DNA from: Nostoc punctiforme PCC 73102
GTDB lineage: Bacteria > Cyanobacteriota > Cyanobacteriia > Cyanobacteriales > Nostocaceae
Reading direction: 5' to 3'
DNA length: 32,000 nt
Assembly (NCBI RefSeq): GCF_000020025.1
Contig: NC_010628.1
Span: forward strand, 7,770,001-7,802,000
Both the position numbers and the translations under genes were made by a program. Below are positions 26,239 to 32,000 of this stretch, piece by piece. Within the stretch, counting starts at the first letter, position 1. Every line of letters starts with the position of its first letter. The notes beneath the pieces were generated by a model. The model saw nothing but the letters and a program-made list of their open reading frames with translations. It was not told the DNA's origin and made no database searches.

Positions 26239-27047
26239 TTAATATACTCTTCATGATATTCTCGCTGCTCTAAAAGCTTGTCTACTCCATCAATATTAAT
26301 TTTCTTTAAAACCTCTCTTGCAACGTTCATAGCTTGTTTTTTCATTATAAGTTTATTTTTATTTGAGGAAAATTCTAATAATCCTTCTGCCACTAAAGCA
26401 TTAATTATATCAAAATCAAATCCATTCCAACAGTTAACACCAGTAAAATTTTCTTTAGACTTTTCACGATTATTGTTAAGGTACTCATTATGTTGATCTA
26501 CACTCGAAAGGTATATAATCATGAGATATAAAGGTTTAATGACTGCATAATGTTCTCGAAAAATTCTTAAGCTTTCTTGTTTTATTTCAAATTGATCTAC
26601 AAGATTACAAGCTTGACTATAAGCGTCTCCTTTAGTATTACAGAACGAAGTTTTTTCTTGTAAGTCTGGTTCTTTAGTACACTCTGCTATAAAACTTTTG
26701 CCAAAAATATCTGATTCGGTAAGTTCAAAAACAGTAATTTTCCAATCTTTTCTATTTTCACTGAGTACCTCTGTTTTATTTGCCAGCAATTTTTCATTTT
26801 TTGCTTGTTTTTTAGCTTTATTTTCTAACAGCACTTGTTCGCGTTCTGTTTGTTCTCTAGTCTGTTTGCTTTCATAAGCATCATCAGGAATATTTAGCTT
26901 TTTATTAACCTCGTCCCAGAATTGACTATCTTTTGCATAGATACCTTTTTTAGTCAAGCTATCAATAAATTCTTGACCACAGACTTTAAGAGCATTCTTT
27001 TTCAATGCTGGGAAGTTAGTAAATGCCTCAAAATTATTCTTATCCAT
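26226..27047 (-). CDS. Hypothetical protein, Lys/Glu/Asn-rich, encoded in very AT-rich DNA
   Basis: A 273-aa ORF with no catalytic motif that I recognise. The C-terminal segment WNGFDFDIINALVAEGLLEFSSNKNKLIMKKQAMNVAREVLKKI resembles a small helical domain I recall as DUF6429-like. That recollection is unverified. Confidence 0.5.
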   Translation of the reverse strand: MDKNNFEAFTNFPALKKNALKVCGQEFIDSLTKKGIYAKDSQFWDEVNKKLNIPDDAYESKQTREQTEREQVLLENKAKKQAKNEKLLANKTEVLSENRKDWKITVFELTESDIFGKSFIAECTKEPDLQEKTSFCNTKGDAYSQACNLVDQFEIKQESLRIFREHYAVIKPLYLMIIYLSSVDQHNEYLNNNREKSKENFTGVNCWNGFDFDIINALVAEGLLEFSSNKNKLIMKKQAMNVAREVLKKINIDGVDKLLEQREYHEEYINYIK

Positions 27048-27207
27048 TTTTGGTTTTTAGAAAAAATTAAAATTTACATTATTAGTTATATTTGTAAATT
27101 TATATTCATTAATATTCCCCTGTATCTTTTCAAAAGTACACATCATCATATAAATTATTTATGTAATAAATCTTAAAAAACTATTGTAAACGTAAAATAT
27201 ACCCATC

Positions 27208-27236
27208 TTGACAGATTAGACACATTTAAGATATTA
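27208..27236 (+). promoter_or_regulatory. Candidate sigma70-type promoter for the large operon (TTGACA - 17 nt - ATATTA)
   Basis: A consensus -35 at 27208-27213 and an A/T hexamer at 27231-27236. An AAGGA Shine-Dalgarno-like sequence sits at 27308-27312, upstream of the ATG at 27320. This is pattern evidence only, in AT-rich DNA. Confidence 0.3.
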
Positions 27237-27319
27237 AAAATATTGAGTCCATTTGCTGAGACTGTAAAGTTCAAGCAGATGAAGCAGTCGTAATACTGAA
27301 AATTACAAAGGAAATAATT

Positions 27320-30300
27320 ATGCCTTCACAAGGTACTGGCGCTAACGTTGACCCGCGATCGCTTAAGCCGTCTATTGACCTCGCTACAGTCATAGAGTTA
27401 CTTGCTCAAGCTATAGATCCTAGCAGTAATCAGGCAAATCATAACCAGCTAAATCCTAAAGGTATGCAGCTGTTTGAATTTGATGACAAGCAAAATAAAC
27501 GACTGAGAATAAGTACTTCAGCCGTTATGTATCGGCTATTTGCACAACCTAAATTTAAAGAAGCTTTTAACCCTGCTCCTGGCGGTGGGTTTATTCAAAA
27601 CTTATCGATGCCAGCAAAAGGTAATAAGTCGCGCGTTGGTGGTTGTTTGAGTGATGGTAATGCCACAAAGTTACCTGGTGCGGTAGATAGATTAATGGCT
27701 GCTATTGACCAAGCACTTAATATTGCTGTACCTTCCGAGAGCTTATTATCAACATTGCTGTTAGATAAAGCTGAACAGCAACTCAAACATCTTGCTAAAA
27801 AAGCAGGTACGACTTTCCAGAATATACCCAATACTGCCAATCTCGTACACCTAGCATTTCAAGCTGGAGATACAAAGGATAACAAGTCTGTGGCGACAGT
27901 TATTTCTGCACGCGAACGAGTTGAAAATACTGATTATTTTGAGCAAATGTGCAGTGCTGCCGCGCAATATTTGAAAGACGAACGTGACAACGATGAAGAT
28001 GATGTGGATTCATCGATCGCAACTTTGGAAGAGGAAAAAAATCGATATGATAGCCAAATACAGCGTTTTTTAAATTTCATAGACGACGAAGCATTATCAC
28101 GCGTCCGATTGACAATTAGCTTTCGGATTATGGAGGCGATCGCAGAAAATGCCCGCTCAAGTAATGACCCAGATTACCAACTTTTAGTAGAGTATGTCAA
28201 TCGAATACTCATTCTAGTTGAATCTGCTAAGGAAGAAGGCTATACGGTTGATTTAATGACTCATTTCGGTAGTGCAGCTGAGTTCGACTTGGCAGATGAA
28301 CTTAGCAAAGCGACCTTTTATTATTGTCTAGCTGTTTGGCCTGAGTGGAAAACTCAAATTTTCGAGCAAAAGACTAAAAATCAAGTAGAGCGTGAAGTAA
28401 GTTATCGTTTTCGAGTCAATGGGCAAAATCCAGAATTAGGCAAACCTGCTTTTGAAGTACGACTCGATCAAATTAGAGAATATTTACTGAGTAATGATGA
28501 ATCTTCCTTACAAAAACCTTGGGAAATTTGTCGTCGTTTAGCTCAACTGATCTTTTTGGCAGTAGTCGTTCCCAAAAACGACGAGGAACCGCTAACTAAA
28601 GAATCACTAACAGATATGGTGAATCAACTCCTAGCAAATTTTCAATCGCAGGGCATAGAAGCTATTCGCCAGACTTTAGACGAATTACAGGAACGCTCTG
28701 AGTCAATGAAATCAATCGCCAAGGCTCTAATGAAAGTACTGCGCGATAGGAGCCAAAAAGTCATATCTCAAGTTCACGATCGCTCCTCACAACAATTCAT
28801 CTGTGTAAAAAGCAGCATCATTAATTGGGATCGCCTAGAAGGGGCAACATTAGGTGTGAGAAAGTTGCTTGTAGAGCCACAAGAAAATACTAGCGAAAAG
28901 GTTGAATGGTTCAAACATATTGAAATTTGTGAGCAACCAGCAAAATCTCTATTTTCGGTTAAGGTTACTGCCGATCTGTCGGAATATGACTTAAAAACTA
29001 AAGATACACTTAGTCAATTACGGGCAAAGCGTATATTACCGCAGAAACTCCTCCAAGTTTGTTGGGTTCCTCGTTCTTGGCAGAAGGGAGAAGATCGTCA
29101 ATGGACTTATGAGCTATCTACAAATGCTTCTCAATTTGCTGGGTGGGCATTATCAGCCGCAATCATAGTTGAATACGATGTTGAAACTGTGAGGCGACGA
29201 GCGAATACAAGAGACTCTGAGGAAAATAAGCAGTATCATGCAGCCGCAGTCACCGCCTTTGCTGTGTTAGTTTACTGCTGTTTGTGGCGGATTATTAGAC
29301 GATTACAAAAATGCGAACAGGAAACATCGGTTGACTTTACAACCTTAATGCTACGACTGCAAGAAACAGGAAAACAACTAGATGATGATAAAGACAAGAG
29401 CGGTGATGCTTACGTTTACGCAGCCGCCCAAACTTTAGAAGCCATACTAGGTGAAGATACCCCGATCCGAATGCAGGGACTTATTTTAGATAATGTGGTG
29501 AAACAAACCAAAAAAAACCAAGATTTTATTAAATCTGGTACTTTTAAGGCGTTTTTAAGTGCGTTTCCACTTTGCATTAGTAGCCCAGATTCTCATTCAG
29601 CCCCCAAGATTGGTTTAATTTCCTACGCCAGCCGTCCCTGTAACGAGGGAAATTTTCCCAATGATAGTGAAAAGGCTTATCTTTTTCTCACTCAAAGTTA
29701 TATTGCTACAGCCGTTAGTGAACCGTTTATAGGTTATGAACTTAAAAGAGAGCGGATGCAGTCTGATGTGCTTGATTCTCCAGAACAGCTGAAAACGCAA
29801 CGCCTAGTTCAAGAAGAAATTCGTCACCTCAGAGCTAAAGAATGTCAGCACATTATTTTATTAGCTCATGCCTATGGCGATCGCCGCATTAATCGAGCCG
29901 CAGATAACAATTCTTCTTTAATACCTACAGAATTTTTAGAAGCAGTCTTTCAAACGTTTCCTGATATCAACATTTATCCAATGATGCGGGATGTATTTCC
30001 GGCTACACGCTTGCGCGAACGAGGTTACAGTGAAGCGGCATTTGAAATTTTGCAAGCTGGAGATCATTCAGATTTTCAGCGATCTGTTAGGGCAGATTAC
30101 TTTCGTGATTTAATTCCGGTTTATACTTTTGCCACACTTCATGCTATTCAAGCAGAAGAGCGCTTACAATCTGGTTTCTGCATTTATTTTTTAGTATCGG
30201 ATGGAAAAGTTAGCAATATTAACTGGACTGAACGCGCTCGTCAGCATTTGATTAATCCTGATTCAGACTCTCGTATTCATCCTTGCTTACTAGCTGTACT

Positions 30301-30505
30301 ACGGGGCTTGCATTTTATTGAAGCTGAACGAGGTGTGTACAAAAGTCAACTTAGCCCAGTACTAGATCCATTTAGTTGGATATCGCCTAATACAGTTGAG
30401 GAGGCTGGTGAAGTGAAAGTTCTCCACTCCCGCCGCAAAGGACAGGTATTACTTAATTATCGCGCTGTACTCACCTACGTTTCTCAAGTTCTGCACAGGA
30501 AGTAA
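27320..30505 (+). CDS. Large hypothetical protein (1061 aa) with no recognisable family
   Basis: A long uninterrupted ORF with host-like composition and an SD-like AAGGA upstream. I could find no Walker, nuclease, HD, methylase or helicase motifs by eye. There is one strongly hydrophobic helix (AAAVTAFAVLVYCCLWRII). Confidence 0.8.
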   Translation: MPSQGTGANVDPRSLKPSIDLATVIELLAQAIDPSSNQANHNQLNPKGMQLFEFDDKQNKRLRISTSAVMYRLFAQPKFKEAFNPAPGGGFIQNLSMPAKGNKSRVGGCLSDGNATKLPGAVDRLMAAIDQALNIAVPSESLLSTLLLDKAEQQLKHLAKKAGTTFQNIPNTANLVHLAFQAGDTKDNKSVATVISARERVENTDYFEQMCSAAAQYLKDERDNDEDDVDSSIATLEEEKNRYDSQIQRFLNFIDDEALSRVRLTISFRIMEAIAENARSSNDPDYQLLVEYVNRILILVESAKEEGYTVDLMTHFGSAAEFDLADELSKATFYYCLAVWPEWKTQIFEQKTKNQVEREVSYRFRVNGQNPELGKPAFEVRLDQIREYLLSNDESSLQKPWEICRRLAQLIFLAVVVPKNDEEPLTKESLTDMVNQLLANFQSQGIEAIRQTLDELQERSESMKSIAKALMKVLRDRSQKVISQVHDRSSQQFICVKSSIINWDRLEGATLGVRKLLVEPQENTSEKVEWFKHIEICEQPAKSLFSVKVTADLSEYDLKTKDTLSQLRAKRILPQKLLQVCWVPRSWQKGEDRQWTYELSTNASQFAGWALSAAIIVEYDVETVRRRANTRDSEENKQYHAAAVTAFAVLVYCCLWRIIRRLQKCEQETSVDFTTLMLRLQETGKQLDDDKDKSGDAYVYAAAQTLEAILGEDTPIRMQGLILDNVVKQTKKNQDFIKSGTFKAFLSAFPLCISSPDSHSAPKIGLISYASRPCNEGNFPNDSEKAYLFLTQSYIATAVSEPFIGYELKRERMQSDVLDSPEQLKTQRLVQEEIRHLRAKECQHIILLAHAYGDRRINRAADNNSSLIPTEFLEAVFQTFPDINIYPMMRDVFPATRLRERGYSEAAFEILQAGDHSDFQRSVRADYFRDLIPVYTFATLHAIQAEERLQSGFCIYFLVSDGKVSNINWTERARQHLINPDSDSRIHPCLLAVLRGLHFIEAERGVYKSQLSPVLDPFSWISPNTVEEAGEVKVLHSRRKGQVLLNYRAVLTYVSQVLHRK

Positions 30506-32000
30506 TGGAATCATCCTTTCTACAACAAGCCTCTATTTGGGGGCAGATATTTGAAATTGCTGTTAAACGCGGTGTTTTACAACAGTTGATTCACAGAAAC
30601 TTACTGTTGAACGATCATCCTGTTTTCCAGCTTTGGCAATCTCACAAAAATGCAGATGTCTCCCACCAACTGGTGAAAGCATTCAAAATAACAGATCCCA
30701 ATCACAAAGAATGGGTAGAAACAATGCTGCGTCATCTGCTGGTACTTGGCTATGGTTTAGGTTGGACAACAATGCGTGAATGTCTCCACCACAGTCAAAT
30801 TAAACAACCTAAACTAGAAGCAATTTGGTGTCCATTGACATTGCCAGGGCAGCAAATGCAACGAGATGAAGAAAAAGAAGAGACAGCAAAAGCATTTCAA
30901 GAAACTTTCAATATACCAGGGAAACCAGATGAGAACTTAGTCAACCGAGGACAACCAGCCAGAGCCGATTTTATTTTATGGCTGTCCAACGAATTTAGTT
31001 CCCACAGAAACACAGATAAAGATGAAGTAATACCCTCTAAAGACTTTAAAAATGTCTTCTCCCAGCCAAATGATCTAAAGCACAAAAAAATTGAGAATTT
31101 AATTCTCTGTTTGGAATTTTCGTATAACGCACCCATCAAATTTGCAGATTTTAAAAATGAAGCTCCTCACACAGAAGAAATAAGTCGTTATGCACGTTAC
31201 ATGGAATCACGGGGGGTCTTCTCTAGAGTTTGTGCAGAGGTTGAGGGTGAAGAATTTTCTCTCTCTAAAAGGCTGGAAAGTTTTCTGTCAGCATTTAGCG
31301 GTCAAGATAAACCATTATTCAAGCTCTGTCAGTCATCATCTTATACTGAGCGCCTGATTCATGTGTTACGCAAGTGTAAACGCTTAGAAGGAAGTTGTCA
31401 TGCTAGAGCGATCGCTGTCACATCCAATGGTATTGAAAGTCTTGCTGCTCAATTCTGGGGTGTGGAATCTGAACCAGATACTAGAGCCAAGTTAATGAAA
31501 TCTTTGGGGCAAGCATATTGCAAGGCTAAACATTCAGATGATGATGTGCCGCTCGATCTAGATGCAGAAATTCTTTTGGTGTTCAAGAAGCTCTTAGGAG
31601 GACTACCGTCTGCTTTTAAAGAACAAGCAAAGTCTCTAGCTGAAAAACCGCCTTTAGGTCAATACTCCCACTTTCTCTTTCATGAAAATGTGACGGACTT
31701 TTACAACCCAATGGGTGAAATTAGCAAGGATGAGGCGATCGCATCTATTGAAGACCACAACGCATTACATGAGTTTTTTGGTAGCGACCCAGTTACACAA
31801 ATTGCTAATTTTGTCAATCAAATCAATCCTAACAAGGAAACAATTCCTCTGCGACAAGTACACGAAGCAGCAGTTTTTGTCGGTCTGAGTGCTGCTCAAG
31901 TCGGTAAAATTAACGTCCTAGCTTTGGAAGGAAATCCGGGTATTGGTAAAACTACTGCTGTGATTAAATTTCTTAAACAGCAGTCTCAAGGCTTCTTATT
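30505..32000 (+). CDS. Large hypothetical P-loop NTPase, 5'-partial view (at least 498 aa, continues beyond the window)
   Basis: This ORF is absent from the supplied track because it has no stop in the window. I translated it from the ATG at 30505 (MESSFLQQASIWGQIFEIAVKRGV...) with no stop through 32000. Its ATG overlaps the upstream TAA (TAATG). A Walker A motif, LEGNPGIGKTTAV, is encoded at 31930-31956. Confidence 0.75.
   Translation, partial: MESSFLQQASIWGQIFEIAVKRGVLQQLIHRNLLLNDHPVFQLWQSHKNADVSHQLVKAFKITDPNHKEWVETMLRHLLVLGYGLGWTTMRECLHHSQIKQPKLEAIWCPLTLPGQQMQRDEEKEETAKAFQETFNIPGKPDENLVNRGQPARADFILWLSNEFSSHRNTDKDEVIPSKDFKNVFSQPNDLKHKKIENLILCLEFSYNAPIKFADFKNEAPHTEEISRYARYMESRGVFSRVCAEVEGEEFSLSKRLESFLSAFSGQDKPLFKLCQSSSYTERLIHVLRKCKRLEGSCHARAIAVTSNGIESLAAQFWGVESEPDTRAKLMKSLGQAYCKAKHSDDDVPLDLDAEILLVFKKLLGGLPSAFKEQAKSLAEKPPLGQYSHFLFHENVTDFYNPMGEISKDEAIASIEDHNALHEFFGSDPVTQIANFVNQINPNKETIPLRQVHEAAVFVGLSAAQVGKINVLALEGNPGIGKTTAVIKFLKQQSQGFL

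Noticed and set aside
26922-31139. Short ORFs 26922-27176, 27595-27840, 29615-29800 and 30897-31139
   Set aside because: They are shadow ORFs inside or antisense to the 273-aa gene, the 1061-aa gene and the open-ended P-loop gene, and their AT-rich low-complexity translations carry no motif. ORF 26922-27176 additionally runs into the divergent promoter region.

Overview
This window looks like a chromosomal segment of a filamentous, Nostocales-type cyanobacterium. The taxon call rests on many GCGATCGC (HIP1) octamers, STRR-like heptamer arrays, and the genes chlI, gnd, purH, a Ycf66-like gene, a GH57 gene and a Ca2+/H+ antiporter.

Most of the window is housekeeping genes interleaved with accessory material:
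- **CRISPR array (1-1303).** It has 18 perfect 37-nt repeats, runs off the left edge, and has no cas genes anywhere in the window.
- **Degraded type II restriction-modification cassette (18690-20790).** It is visibly AT-rich. The C5-methyltransferase is intact, but the nuclease gene is broken by one amber codon.
- **Very small GC-rich dispersed repeats.** One copy puts two in-frame TAG codons into a SpoT/Mesh1-like HD hydrolase gene. Another is tolerated in frame inside the GH57 gene.
- **Tandem triplet of ~160-bp units (about 23930-24450).** Each unit carries an extended -10 box, a 5' GUGUGUGAGGAG sequence and a covarying terminator hairpin with a GGAAACA loop. I read these as three minus-strand Yfr2-family-like sRNA genes.
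- **Right-hand locus after purH (26226 to window end).** There is an AT-rich orphan gene, then a translationally coupled pair. The first gene encodes a 1061-aa protein in which I recognise no motif. The second ORF is open to the window end (at least 498 aa) and reaches a Walker A motif, GNPGIGKTT, only near residue 480.

The right-hand locus is my best candidate for an undescribed defence or conflict system, but that is inference from context only. No homology searches were possible, so all family names come from motif recognition by eye.
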